Shown in pieces: positions 1 through 9,379 of a stretch of 64,000 bases of DNA (position 1 is its first letter; the number at the start of each line of letters is the position of its first letter). A program made the translations under genes and the position numbers. Location of the stretch: positions 1 through 64,000 of the IMG/VR virus record IMGVR_UViG_3300046507_000773, one strand, 5' to 3'. Below the pieces are notes generated by a model. That model made no database searches. It saw only the letters and a program-made list of their open reading frames with translations, and was not told the DNA's origin.

Positions 1-1
1 T

Positions 2-229
2 GGCAATAACATCGGCGACGATAGGATCGGTTACTACAGTGCTAGCTGGACCTGTCGAGTCACTAAAACAACAACCACCGTGATTGGTTACACGCCAACG
101 GAAACCCATTATTACACGGATTACTACTACCAAGCGTATTCGGTGAACTTTGCCGGAAACGGATCTGTTGTTCAAGACAAAATCACAGCGCTTAACATTC
201 GGGCCGTTCGCCTAGTGAAGGTCGCTTAA
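2..229 (+). CDS. Partial (3' end) DUF1566/Lcl-like C-type-lectin-fold protein, probably tail-fibre associated
   Basis: Open frame from the window edge to TAA at 227-229. It ends ...YQAYSVNFAGNGSVVQDKITALNIRAVRLVKVA*, matching the DUF1566 C-terminal pattern. Not in the ORF track because it has no start in the window. Confidence 0.65.
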   Translation, partial: GNNIGDDRIGYYSASWTCRVTKTTTTVIGYTPTETHYYTDYYYQAYSVNFAGNGSVVQDKITALNIRAVRLVKVA

Positions 230-243
230 CGAAGGAAACTACC

Positions 244-1059
244 ATGCCTCTGATGTCCGCACGACCAAGGCGCAAACTCAGTAGTCCCAACACGCTCACA
301 CTGGGCAACGAAAACTCAGTTGACGTGTACGCGCGCGCCATTGCAAATGGCTGGGACAAGGTTTCTCCATTGTCTGTTATCGTCACTGGCGATATCGGCT
401 CCAATTCAACGGCAACTCCCGCCCTGCTGTTTAGTGGCTCGTATCCCGACGTTACGCTTACCATCAACGCAGGTGTCTATGTTTGTGGTCGCGGCGGTTT
501 GGGCGGTGCCGTGGGTCAGGCTGGTCAGGTTGGTGGCAATGCTATCCAAACAACCGGCAAAATCAAGATCGATAACAAAGGCGTCATTGGTGCCGGTGGA
601 GGTGGTGGCGCCGGTAACTGGACTAACTCCTATTCGGCCAGCGGCGTAACTTACGGTGGTGATGGAGCTGGTTTGCCAGTCTTGGTTCCTCGTACTGGTG
701 CTGCCACGCCTTCTGCGACTAAGACCAATGGCGGTACTGGCACGCGCGGTTATTCATCCGGCGGTGGCGGTTACGTCAACGGCGGTGTAGGCGGCGCTCC
801 TGGTTCGGTCGGCGGTACGGGTCCAAGTGGAGGCGGAGGCGGTCTCGGTGGTAACGGTGCTGCAAGTCAGGGTGTGGGTCCTGGTACCACCTTTACTGAC
901 CCAGGCGGCAATGGACAAAATGGTCCAGGTACGACTGACAGTGATCCGACGTACAACGACTATGGAAGCTGGGCAGGTGGCGTATCTGGTAAATCCATCG
1001 TCGGCATTGCTAACGTGACCTACGTCACGCAAGGCACCATCTACGGACCTACGTCATGA
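244..1059 (+). CDS. Glycine-rich tail-fibre/virion-associated protein
   Basis: 271 aa with GGxGG/GAGGGGG runs and motifs GRGGLGG and IDNKGVIGAGGGGGAG typical of Gly-rich phage fibre proteins. RBS GAAGGA. Confidence 0.7.
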   Translation: MPLMSARPRRKLSSPNTLTLGNENSVDVYARAIANGWDKVSPLSVIVTGDIGSNSTATPALLFSGSYPDVTLTINAGVYVCGRGGLGGAVGQAGQVGGNAIQTTGKIKIDNKGVIGAGGGGGAGNWTNSYSASGVTYGGDGAGLPVLVPRTGAATPSATKTNGGTGTRGYSSGGGGYVNGGVGGAPGSVGGTGPSGGGGGLGGNGAASQGVGPGTTFTDPGGNGQNGPGTTDSDPTYNDYGSWAGGVSGKSIVGIANVTYVTQGTIYGPTS

Positions 1060-1691
1060 GAAAAGTTCCTACCCTCATTACCGTCGATGACTTCTACGAC
1101 AATCCAATGGGAGTGCGAGAACTTGCGCTCTCTCTGGAGTTTGCTAAGTCGCCCCGTACGAACTATCCTGGTTCCCGTACGGGGCACTTGCAAGAAGTCG
1201 CACCAGAGTTCTACCAGATGTGGGAGGAGAAGTTCTTCGATATCTTTGGTGGCATGCATAACGGCGAATGGCGTTTCTCGACGCAATTCCAACTCATCCC
1301 GGCTGATCTTGAAGACCCTGAGATCAACGAGGGTTGGACACATTGCGACGATACGCAAGACATCGGTGGCGTGATCTACCTGAATCCTGAACCAGACTAC
1401 GAAGCGGGTACCAGCTTCATGCGTCCAAAGGCTGGCCTGAACCCTCAGGTTAATGCTCACCTTCGTTTTCGTAACGATTACTATGGCGGACGCAACAACA
1501 TCACGAAGGAAGAGTTCATTCGTGCCAAAGCCTTTCACAATGGCAAGTACGAAAACGATATCGTCGTGTCCAATGATTTCAATCGCATGATTGCTTTCAA
1601 CTCCCTTAAACCGCATAAGCAAAGCAAGTTTGGCCGCCCAGGTGAACTTCGCCTGACTCAAGTCTTCTTTGCGAAAATGATCAAGGAATGA
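1056..1691 (+). CDS. 2OG-Fe(II) oxygenase (DUF6445-like)
   Basis: N-terminal VDDFYDNP and YPGSRT, HxD (HCD), GGVIYLNP, AGTSF, NRMIAF, distal His (PHK) and RLTQVFF. Confidence 0.8.
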   Translation: MRKVPTLITVDDFYDNPMGVRELALSLEFAKSPRTNYPGSRTGHLQEVAPEFYQMWEEKFFDIFGGMHNGEWRFSTQFQLIPADLEDPEINEGWTHCDDTQDIGGVIYLNPEPDYEAGTSFMRPKAGLNPQVNAHLRFRNDYYGGRNNITKEEFIRAKAFHNGKYENDIVVSNDFNRMIAFNSLKPHKQSKFGRPGELRLTQVFFAKMIKE

Positions 1692-2008
1692 AAATGGCTG
1701 AAGAAGTATCGAAAGAATTGATTCGTTTTGCCATCGAATCGAAGGATGAGTCCGCAGGCACCATTGTCGTGTGTTACTGGATGGTGGGACAGAACTTCCT
1801 GTTCCGCAGCAACATCCAGTTACCCATCGATCCGGACACGAGTGCGATTCCTTCGGGCCAAGCACTCATTGATCTCATCTTGCTGCATGCGCCGGTAGAG
1901 TACTTCACCGACCAGCTCAAGCGTTACAAAGCGGCAGTCTTTGTTGACTACAGCGAGATCGATCGTTTGATCGCTGAGGGCAAAGGAAAAATCCCTACCG
2001 GCAACTAA
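1688..2008 (+). CDS. Hypothetical protein, last gene of the tail-fibre-like module
   Basis: 106 aa, ATGA-coupled, followed by a terminator. Confidence 0.75.
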   Translation: MKMAEEVSKELIRFAIESKDESAGTIVVCYWMVGQNFLFRSNIQLPIDPDTSAIPSGQALIDLILLHAPVEYFTDQLKRYKAAVFVDYSEIDRLIAEGKGKIPTGN

Positions 2009-2018
2009 CCGGCATAAC

Positions 2019-2044
2019 GCCCACCCTGAAAGGGGTGGGCTTTT
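2019..2044 (+). terminator. Intrinsic terminator
   Basis: GCCCACCC/GGGTGGGC stem followed by TTTT. Confidence 0.8.
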
Positions 2045-2082
2045 ATGATGTTCTTTTTATTCGATTCCAAGTTATTATAGGC

Positions 2083-2092
2083 ACATATTCTG
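2083..2092 (+). promoter_or_regulatory. Variant early-promoter-like motif (ACATATTCTG)
   Basis: Resembles the repeated ACATATCACG motif and sits in an AT-rich gap just after a terminator. Confidence 0.4.
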
Positions 2093-2135
2093 CTAGTGAG
2101 ATTGACCTAATCTCGTTATCCTAGGAGAAATTTTC

Positions 2136-2228
2136 ATGTGTCAAAAACTGAAGGAATCAGTGGCCTTTCACTTGCTCGTCCAGGGTGCAGTTGCCTGGTG
2201 CATCTGCGCTAGCTTCGTCTACCGCTAA
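2136..2228 (+). CDS. 30-aa hydrophobic peptide
   Basis: AGGAG RBS. MCQKLKESVAFHLLVQGAVAWCICASFVYR*. Below the ORF-track cutoff. Confidence 0.6.
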   Translation: MCQKLKESVAFHLLVQGAVAWCICASFVYR

Positions 2229-2266
2229 TTCCAACTATCGCCGCTGCCCTCGGAAAGAGGGCTTGT

Positions 2267-2752
2267 ATGACGCTTATTCACAAAAAGAAAGGTTTTATGA
2301 AATCCGTACTCAACTTCATCAAGTTCGTCCTCGTCCTCGTGGTTCTGTTCTTCGCGACGATCCTGGCGTTCTTTTTCCGCTTGACTATGTTCGTTGGCGT
2401 GGGGCAAGGACCCTACCTCTCGATCGTCACGTGGATGCAGTCACTCATTCCACTGAACATCGTGGAGTGCCAGCCATACCAGTATCCGGTCACCCCTGAA
2501 TTCAAGAGTCAAGGTCACATCCGCTTTACCGCCAAGCGAACCCATGACAAGAAAGGGAATCCGCTCAAGATCGAAGAAGTCGATGCGATGCTCTACATTG
2601 CCCGCGTGAACTTCCCGCATCGTCTCCTGGACCCATCTGAAGCATCCTTGCGTCAACTGCGTTACGCTTTGCAAAAGCGCAGTCTCATGACGCAGCGTCT
2701 GTACGTGTACACCGCAGAAAACGATCAAATGGATCGCACCATCGACATCTGA
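2267..2752 (+). CDS. Hypothetical membrane protein
   Basis: 161 aa with a long N-terminal hydrophobic helix. Confidence 0.75.
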   Translation: MTLIHKKKGFMKSVLNFIKFVLVLVVLFFATILAFFFRLTMFVGVGQGPYLSIVTWMQSLIPLNIVECQPYQYPVTPEFKSQGHIRFTAKRTHDKKGNPLKIEEVDAMLYIARVNFPHRLLDPSEASLRQLRYALQKRSLMTQRLYVYTAENDQMDRTIDI

Positions 2753-2769
2753 AACAAGGACCGCTGCAA

Positions 2770-3003
2770 ATGAAACACCTCCGCGCTTTTCTCTTTTACA
2801 TCGTTCTTTTCAGCTTCATGCTGCTTGCCGTATTCATGGTGACGATTGGTCTGTGGATACTTGCCCTGGGCTGGTGGTTCGGGGAATGGATAGGTGCACT
2901 CAACCCTGGGACCGATACCGAAAAGAGATATGCGCTGACTAGGCTTACCGATGCTTTCCACAAGTATCTTGAACTCAACCCATTTATCAAAGACAAAGAC
3001 TAA
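2770..3003 (+). CDS. Small membrane protein
   Basis: 77 aa with a hydrophobic N-terminal half. Confidence 0.7.
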   Translation: MKHLRAFLFYIVLFSFMLLAVFMVTIGLWILALGWWFGEWIGALNPGTDTEKRYALTRLTDAFHKYLELNPFIKDKD

Positions 3004-3012
3004 GGAGTTATC

Positions 3013-3570
3013 ATGAACAATCAAGCACAAATCGTTGCACTGCGCGGCTTCCTGGACAACATGAACCATCTGGCCATCCAGATCAAGGATGACCTCGAAG
3101 ACCTGGCAGCAAAGGGTACGCCGACCGATGCCCAGCAGGTGAACCTGGCCCTGCTGAAGGAAAACATCGACGAAGCACAGGAATTGCTGAACAAGTTCGA
3201 GAACCCGGACATCACTGACCTGAGCCAGGCCAGCGAAGCACTGAAGGGCATGACTGCCAGTAAGCCGGACGAGCAGCACAACCCTGGCACTCAGCCGCCG
3301 GAAGAAGTCAAGCTGGACCCCGAACTGGCGGCTGAGATCGATCGCGCGACTCCGCGGATTACGGCTGGTAACCGTAACCCCGATCTGAATCGTGGTACGG
3401 TTGAAATCATGATCGTCAAGATCACCGGCAGCGCTGAACGCCTGGAGCATGCAGAAGAAGTGAGCGAGAAAGCCAAGCCCCGTACGGACGGCCTCACCCA
3501 GGCAGACATCGACAACTTCGGTACCGGCATTTTCAGCCTCGATAAGGCCGAGGGTACCGGACTGAACTGA
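3013..3570 (+). CDS. Hypothetical protein (helical/coiled-coil N-terminus)
   Basis: 185 aa, AAGGAG RBS, strong phage codon bias. Confidence 0.8.
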   Translation: MNNQAQIVALRGFLDNMNHLAIQIKDDLEDLAAKGTPTDAQQVNLALLKENIDEAQELLNKFENPDITDLSQASEALKGMTASKPDEQHNPGTQPPEEVKLDPELAAEIDRATPRITAGNRNPDLNRGTVEIMIVKITGSAERLEHAEEVSEKAKPRTDGLTQADIDNFGTGIFSLDKAEGTGLN

Positions 3571-3750
3571 TCAATTTCTAAGCAGAAAGAGGCAAAAATA
3601 CTGCGATCTCTTCTGTTATAGAAACCCCTCAAAAACTGTCCAGCTAAATGCCTGTCAGTCCAGGAGTATGACTCTGTATTTGATTATAAGGACTTATACA
3701 AGTCAAACTCCTATCCTAGTTATTCCATCAAAAGAAAGAAGGAGAAACAC

Positions 3751-6700
3751 ATGAACATCATCTACACTCCGGAAATGCAAGCCGCAATCACGCTGTTCCA
3801 TCGTCGCTATGCAAAAGCGATGATGCTGGTGCATGACGATTACAACGTCAAGATGCTCGAAGGCATCCGTGAACACTTCGCAACCGTCGTCGGCAACAGC
3901 GCGCAGGCGTTCAACGAGCACGCGCACAAGAACATCGCGCAGATCACCGAGGAACTGCGCAACGGCGCAGAACCGACTCGTCCGAATAACTTGCTGTTCC
4001 GCCTGCTGGATCAGTTCTACCTGATGCTGAAGGAAAATGCTGAACTGGAAGTGGCGGCCGTCTTGTCGCCGGAACCGGTCAACGGCGTCATGCTCAAGAT
4101 TGTCGACGAAGCGGTTCGTGCCCTGATGGGTACGTTCCAGGATCGTGAGCAGGTCAAGGTGCTGCTCGATACCATCATCGCAAGTCCACTCATGGCCAAG
4201 CGGATTTTCGAGAGGATCGCAGCCACGTATTGGGCCCGCACCGAAAGCAACCTGGCTGATGCCTTGAAGCAGCAGGTCTACGGGGGCGATCGCACCGGCA
4301 TGCGCGGTCAGTTCTCCACGGCAGTGGCGCACGATGCTCAGGCGCTGCACAGGAAGGCAGAAGCCCAAGACCACCTGAACACGGTGGCTGATGCCATCCA
4401 GGGTGAAGACGAACTGCACGCTGCAGCACGTCTGTTCGACGGCACTGTCCTGGTCCATGTGATCGGAATCGGTCATCCGGCAGCAATCGAGGACATCGGT
4501 CAGCGCGTGCAAATGGCTGCCCCGAATGCAACCCGCGTACATGCTTTGGTCTATCATGGCGTAACGATCGACCGCGTCCGTCAGTTCTATCGCACCACCA
4601 TGGACGATGGCGCCAGTACCTTCCTGAAAGATGAACTGGCCAAGGAATCCCCGAAGATCATGAACCTGATCGTGCATCCGTATCCGCTCGGCGACGGTGC
4701 GGCCGAACAGGAACACGACAATAACGTCGGCTATTCGAACATCATCCAGCAAGCGGTGTTCGAACTGGGCGGTACTGTCTACCACATCGGCATGAATCAG
4801 ATTGATGACCTGAGGAAACTGACGGAAGCCGTGGGTGCAGCGGCAGGTGGTGTAAAGTCGGCCCGTGAAGTAAAGCCGGAAACGAAAGCGAACATGGTCG
4901 AGATCCAGCAAACCATCGATAACTACGATGGCTCTGTTGTGTTGCATTTCGTGGGCGAATCCGATCCGACCATCATCAGCGAAAAAATGCTGAAGTTCCA
5001 TGAAGTGATGAAAGATCGCCCAGTCTACCTGATCGATTACCAGGGTACGGATGTGGTGCGCTCGCACCAGCACCTCATGAACCAGATGGACTACCTGACC
5101 GATGTGTTGCTTAAGCATCCGAATGTTGTTCATTACATTATCGCTCCAGCCGGTATTGTCGTGAAGGACACTGCGGCGCGCGGCGGTGTGGATTCGTTCG
5201 AGGGTGAACTGTCCGTGCGGGTGTATCTGCAAGCTGTTGCTGTTGGCTTGAACAACTTGTGCGTTCCGGTCACTGTGCTGGATGATCGACGCCTGAACGA
5301 GCCATCGATGTTCCTCGGCAACCTCGCATGGACCATCAAGGCACGCAAACGCAGCGTTAACTTGCATGTGAGCCAGGCCGAAGTCGGTAGCTACAGTGCC
5401 GAACCGAAGTTTGGTCCGGAAACGCCGATGTCGGTGCGACTGGCTTTCGACGGCGTGCTGGTGGCACACGCTGCCGGTGTGACCGATCCCGATGAGCTAC
5501 AGGTGTTGCAAAGCCGTTTGGAGAAGACCATCCCCAATGGCCGCGTGATGGTGGTGAGCTATCCGTGTTCCGATGTTCAGGATGACCAGCAGAGCTTCAT
5601 CAATCTGATGGAAAACCTGAGCCGCAGTATCATCGAGGGCCAGATGGACATGGTCAACATCGTGGTGCCTAACAAAGAGGTGACCATGGCGGACGTTTCT
5701 GCAATCGGTCACGCACAGGCGCTCAGCAAGATCATCAACACGGCCGGTGTTCCGGCAGTGATTGTGATCATCAACGACGATGTGAGCGACCGCAAGCTCG
5801 AGGCCGACGTGGCATTCGTCATCAAGCAGGGTAAGTTCGTCCTGCAACCTACCTCGCGTGAGAAGAGCTTCGGCGTTCTGTCGCTGATCGCGCAGGGTTC
5901 GGGTAAGCAAGGCGAACGTGTCATGCCGGACAAGTCGCAAGGCGAACCTGAAGTGGGTCGGCCGGGCTGGTATGATCGTCCGGCTCCTGCTTTGACTCCG
6001 GTTGACGAGCGGCTCAATCCTCGTACTCTCGGCGAAGTGGAGCGTCGTGAGCCCGACTTTTCGCAGGCCGTGGTTTCGTTCGATGGTGTCGTTGTTTTGC
6101 ATACCTACAGCAACGGCAAACTCCAACTGCTGAGTGAACGGGTGCATGTCATTCGTGACACGCTGCAGCAAGCGCGCCTGTACACGCTCCCCTACGACGG
6201 CTATGCCTCGTCTGAAATTCTGGACAGGGTGAACGAAAACTTCCACACGGGCGAGCCGATCTGGACAGAAGGGAAAGACGGCGTCAAGGTGGCACACGTC
6301 ATTCTTTTCAACGGCAAACTCGAGCCGGCCCGCATTAGCTCACCGACGACGATGGTAGAACTGGAGTTGCACCATCTGCTCCAGGGCGTCCACATGCATG
6401 ACCGTCGCGCCATGTTCTTCGATGACGAAGACTTCACTTCGCACGAGAAGCTCGTCGAAGCGTTGAACAAGGTCGTCGAATATGCCATGGAAAAGTCCGT
6501 GCAAGATCCTGCTGCAGCCGAACAAGCTGCCCAGGTCGCCGAAGCCATCGGCGATGCTCGGACCGAACAGGCGAATCCCGGCCTCCAGAAGTTCATGGAA
6601 AACTCCGCGAACCTTGAAGAGAACATCGCAGGCGTCATTAAGCAGTTCCTCGATTCGTTGCCGGAAGAAGAACGGTCCCAGTTGGTTGGCACCATGAATG

Positions 6701-6768
6701 ATGGCATATTGGTGTCGAGCGCACTCGATCGCCTGATTAACATGGGCGTGATCGAAAACCGTCAGTAA
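3751..6768 (+). CDS. Large hypothetical protein with four internal domain repeats
   Basis: 1005 aa, AAGGAG RBS. Repeated (F/Y)DGxVxxH...Y motif. Confidence 0.85.
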   Translation: MNIIYTPEMQAAITLFHRRYAKAMMLVHDDYNVKMLEGIREHFATVVGNSAQAFNEHAHKNIAQITEELRNGAEPTRPNNLLFRLLDQFYLMLKENAELEVAAVLSPEPVNGVMLKIVDEAVRALMGTFQDREQVKVLLDTIIASPLMAKRIFERIAATYWARTESNLADALKQQVYGGDRTGMRGQFSTAVAHDAQALHRKAEAQDHLNTVADAIQGEDELHAAARLFDGTVLVHVIGIGHPAAIEDIGQRVQMAAPNATRVHALVYHGVTIDRVRQFYRTTMDDGASTFLKDELAKESPKIMNLIVHPYPLGDGAAEQEHDNNVGYSNIIQQAVFELGGTVYHIGMNQIDDLRKLTEAVGAAAGGVKSAREVKPETKANMVEIQQTIDNYDGSVVLHFVGESDPTIISEKMLKFHEVMKDRPVYLIDYQGTDVVRSHQHLMNQMDYLTDVLLKHPNVVHYIIAPAGIVVKDTAARGGVDSFEGELSVRVYLQAVAVGLNNLCVPVTVLDDRRLNEPSMFLGNLAWTIKARKRSVNLHVSQAEVGSYSAEPKFGPETPMSVRLAFDGVLVAHAAGVTDPDELQVLQSRLEKTIPNGRVMVVSYPCSDVQDDQQSFINLMENLSRSIIEGQMDMVNIVVPNKEVTMADVSAIGHAQALSKIINTAGVPAVIVIINDDVSDRKLEADVAFVIKQGKFVLQPTSREKSFGVLSLIAQGSGKQGERVMPDKSQGEPEVGRPGWYDRPAPALTPVDERLNPRTLGEVERREPDFSQAVVSFDGVVVLHTYSNGKLQLLSERVHVIRDTLQQARLYTLPYDGYASSEILDRVNENFHTGEPIWTEGKDGVKVAHVILFNGKLEPARISSPTTMVELELHHLLQGVHMHDRRAMFFDDEDFTSHEKLVEALNKVVEYAMEKSVQDPAAAEQAAQVAEAIGDARTEQANPGLQKFMENSANLEENIAGVIKQFLDSLPEEERSQLVGTMNDGILVSSALDRLINMGVIENRQ

Positions 6769-6775
6769 TACCCTG

Positions 6776-6815
6776 CAGTAAAACCCTACTGGACTCTCAC
6801 ATCCAGTAGGGTGTA
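6776..6815 (+). terminator. Hairpin after the 1005-aa gene
   Basis: ACCCTACTGGA/TCCAGTAGGGT 11-bp stem with no clear U-tract. Confidence 0.5.
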
Positions 6816-6851
6816 GTAAAACCCTCAACTTTTCTTTTACAAGGATTCACC

Positions 6852-7259
6852 ATGGCACTCCAACAATACGTCTTCGCAGCAGCCGGTATCGTTTTCCTCC
6901 TGATCGCTCTTTTCACCATCCGCCGCGGGATGGCAAAAGGCGAGCGTTTCGATTTCAAGATCAAGTTCCACAGTGAAGCCCATCCGATTGGCTGCCACGG
7001 TATGCTCTACGTGGATTGCCCGGCCAAGAACATGAAGGGACAACCGATCGCCTTCGTCCTCATTGGCGTCCCCGCCACCCCGAATCTTTCCATGGGCTTC
7101 ATGAAGAAGCTTTGGACCGAAGCAGAACTCGCAGGCTACGCACCCCTGGCCGTTAAATCCTACGTCGGCGTCGCACCGATCACGGGTCCGAACCGCCCGG
7201 TTGGTGTTCCTGTAAAGCCAACCGCACACGTACCGGTGCAAAATCCTGAAGTGGCCTAA
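6852..7259 (+). CDS. Hypothetical protein with N-terminal TM helix
   Basis: 135 aa, AAGGA RBS. Confidence 0.75.
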   Translation: MALQQYVFAAAGIVFLLIALFTIRRGMAKGERFDFKIKFHSEAHPIGCHGMLYVDCPAKNMKGQPIAFVLIGVPATPNLSMGFMKKLWTEAELAGYAPLAVKSYVGVAPITGPNRPVGVPVKPTAHVPVQNPEVA

Positions 7260-7269
7260 GGAATAGGTC

Positions 7270-7584
7270 ATGTTAGGGGCCCTCATCGGTCTACCCGAGC
7301 CGAGCATCAATATCGGTTTCGCTTCCCACATGGAACTACAACACGCCCACGGGCGCGCCTGGTTTCACATGCCAGGTACCGGGCTGGTAGCTAAGCCATT
7401 TGTCGTCGATAAACCCCGCTTGATGAAAAACGCGACACTCGACATCGTTGATCAATTGTTCGAGCAAATCGTCAAACTCGGTGTGGAGCCGCACTCCATC
7501 GAGTTCGTCGATGATAATTATCGTTACGTTTATCATTACGGGAATCGTCGACCCGTTTTTAAACAACGCAGGTTTTCACCATGA
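7270..7584 (+). CDS. Hypothetical protein
   Basis: 104 aa, in operon order. Confidence 0.7.
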   Translation: MLGALIGLPEPSINIGFASHMELQHAHGRAWFHMPGTGLVAKPFVVDKPRLMKNATLDIVDQLFEQIVKLGVEPHSIEFVDDNYRYVYHYGNRRPVFKQRRFSP

Positions 7585-8228
7585 ATAGCGAAATCAAACC
7601 TGACTTTACTTTTGAAGGAATCAAAGTTGATGAGGAAGGAAAGATGTTCGCTACTGGAGTAAAGTTTCGCGAACCGCTCTGGGAACAACATCCAAACCCT
7701 AGCAAAGGAATTGACATGGGTAACAACATTTTGAGTGCGCGTTTCCGGGACAGCATACCGGGTTCGCGTGTGACGGAAGGGACAAAGGGTTTTTCGCCGC
7801 CCGATCCGCAAGGAATGGTATCGAAGAGCTTTCCGCTGCGACCTTATCAGGAAGATGTCGCTAAGCGGATAGCTGCGGAAGGACGTCGCTTTGGCGACTT
7901 CATGGCGCGCAATGGCACTTTCGGTGCACGGCCCTCGAGCCGGTTTTCATACAACGCCTACGAGTTGCCAAAGCTCATCGTGGACTTTGAGGCGAATGTA
8001 CTGGACGGAAGAGACCTGAACATTCTGGCTCAGTACATCAATCAAGATACGGAATACGTTTCGAACATGTTCCCGATTTCCAATCCGAAACGTCATCTGC
8101 AAATCTCGATGCACCACATGCGTAATGCGCTGGGTAAAGCCGAGGCACTCTACTCCATGGCCCGGCCAATGCCAAAACTGCGACTGTTGACCGTTGCGAT
8201 GAAAGCTGCCTTCCCTGTAAAGGGGTAG
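7581..8228 (+). CDS. Hypothetical protein
   Basis: 215 aa, ATGA-coupled, followed by a terminator. Confidence 0.75.
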   Translation: MNSEIKPDFTFEGIKVDEEGKMFATGVKFREPLWEQHPNPSKGIDMGNNILSARFRDSIPGSRVTEGTKGFSPPDPQGMVSKSFPLRPYQEDVAKRIAAEGRRFGDFMARNGTFGARPSSRFSYNAYELPKLIVDFEANVLDGRDLNILAQYINQDTEYVSNMFPISNPKRHLQISMHHMRNALGKAEALYSMARPMPKLRLLTVAMKAAFPVKG

Positions 8229-8238
8229 GGCAGCATAA

Positions 8239-8270
8239 GGGGGAGGCTTCGCGGCCTCCTTCTTTTTTTT
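8239..8270 (+). terminator. Intrinsic terminator
   Basis: GGGGGAGGC/GCCTCCTTC stem followed by a T8 tract, preceded by GCATAA. Confidence 0.85.
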
Positions 8271-8334
8271 GCCCGATTACCTTTAATAGTGTTTTTTATA
8301 CAGGACACGAAGTTTATGTAACCAAATTTCAACC

Positions 8335-8344
8335 ACATATCACG
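8335..8344 (+). promoter_or_regulatory. Early-promoter-like motif ACATATCACG
   Basis: Exact 10-mer repeated in five intergenic gaps. It resembles the phiKZ TATTAC early promoter. Confidence 0.7.
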
Positions 8345-8389
8345 GTTACGAGAGCTCACCAGAGTTCCAACACTAGGAAAGGAAACATC

Positions 8390-9379
8390 ATGCAATGGCA
8401 ATATTGGGCAGCAATTGGTTTGACTGCAGTCCTTTACATCAGTCTTTATCGCTCCGGGTTCTTCAGGTTCTCTAAAGAGCCGCAATTCAATGACATCCTC
8501 TACCAGCGAGGCGATGTCGCCTACGTGTCGCCCACGGCAATCATGCGTGCGCCCTTGCCCAAGTTCGATCCCGAGCGCGTCAAGGAAGACAACGTCGATC
8601 GCCTGGTTCGTCTTCGCATGGTCGAAGTCGCTCAGTCGCTTCTCGATCCTGCGTCCAACATCAAGGACGAAGAAGACCGCAAGCAATTGCGGCGCTACGC
8701 TACGGTGCAGTCGGCAATCCTTGGCCTGTCGATTCCGAAGTCGTTCATTCTGATCGACAAGGAAACCAAGCATCTCTTCATGTCGGTGCTGTCGCGTCTG
8801 GAACTGGTGAGTGTCGAGCGCGTTCCCGTGGGCTCGGACAAAGTCGACGATACCCATGAGCTTGCCTGGATCAACGTGGACATGCATAACGCAATCCTCG
8901 AACGAGAGCGTAAAGCACTCCTGGCCCAGTACAGCAGCGTCGATCATCTGGTCCAGCAAGAGTTCTTGCGCCAAATGGGAAGGAACGAGTACGATTACTT
9001 CCACATGTTTGCTACTCGCTGCCGGCGGCGCTTTAGCCCGCAGCAAAAGCAAAAGGTCGACGACGCAGGCATCAAGTCCGTCATCACTGCCTACGCTGCT
9101 CGCACGGGACTGAAGATTCCGCGCAGCTACGTCTCGTACGATCCGATCTCGGTTCTCTTGATGAACTGGGATGATCTTCCGAAACCGGAAGCGCAGGTCT
9201 ACGACTTCCGTAAGGGAGCAAATGTTCCGCGCTGCGAATGCGGCAACATGATGGGCCTCATGTACACTGGCTTGGTTTGCGATGCCTGTGATACATCAGT
9301 AATGCCTCCTATGGAGGGTTTCAAACCAGTTCCAGCAATCTGGCAATCCTACCCAAAAGCAGAAGGAAAGAATGGCTAA
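8390..9379 (+). CDS. Membrane-anchored protein with C-terminal RNAP beta'-type zinc finger
   Basis: N-terminal TM helix. C-terminal CECG-x8-G-x2-CDAC-x3-V. Confidence 0.7.
   Translation: MQWQYWAAIGLTAVLYISLYRSGFFRFSKEPQFNDILYQRGDVAYVSPTAIMRAPLPKFDPERVKEDNVDRLVRLRMVEVAQSLLDPASNIKDEEDRKQLRRYATVQSAILGLSIPKSFILIDKETKHLFMSVLSRLELVSVERVPVGSDKVDDTHELAWINVDMHNAILERERKALLAQYSSVDHLVQQEFLRQMGRNEYDYFHMFATRCRRRFSPQQKQKVDDAGIKSVITAYAARTGLKIPRSYVSYDPISVLLMNWDDLPKPEAQVYDFRKGANVPRCECGNMMGLMYTGLVCDACDTSVMPPMEGFKPVPAIWQSYPKAEGKNG

Noticed and set aside
1-229. Possible diversity-generating retroelement target (DUF1566 C-terminus, Tyr-rich)
   Set aside because: No reverse transcriptase and no near-identical template repeat seen in the window. 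It cannot be excluded upstream of position 1.
3662-3712. Long imperfect hairpin upstream of the 1005-aa gene
   Set aside because: It is real as a palindrome (AGGAGT/ACTCCT, TGACT/AGTCA, TGTAT/ATACA), but it is a single AT-rich instance with no further support for function.
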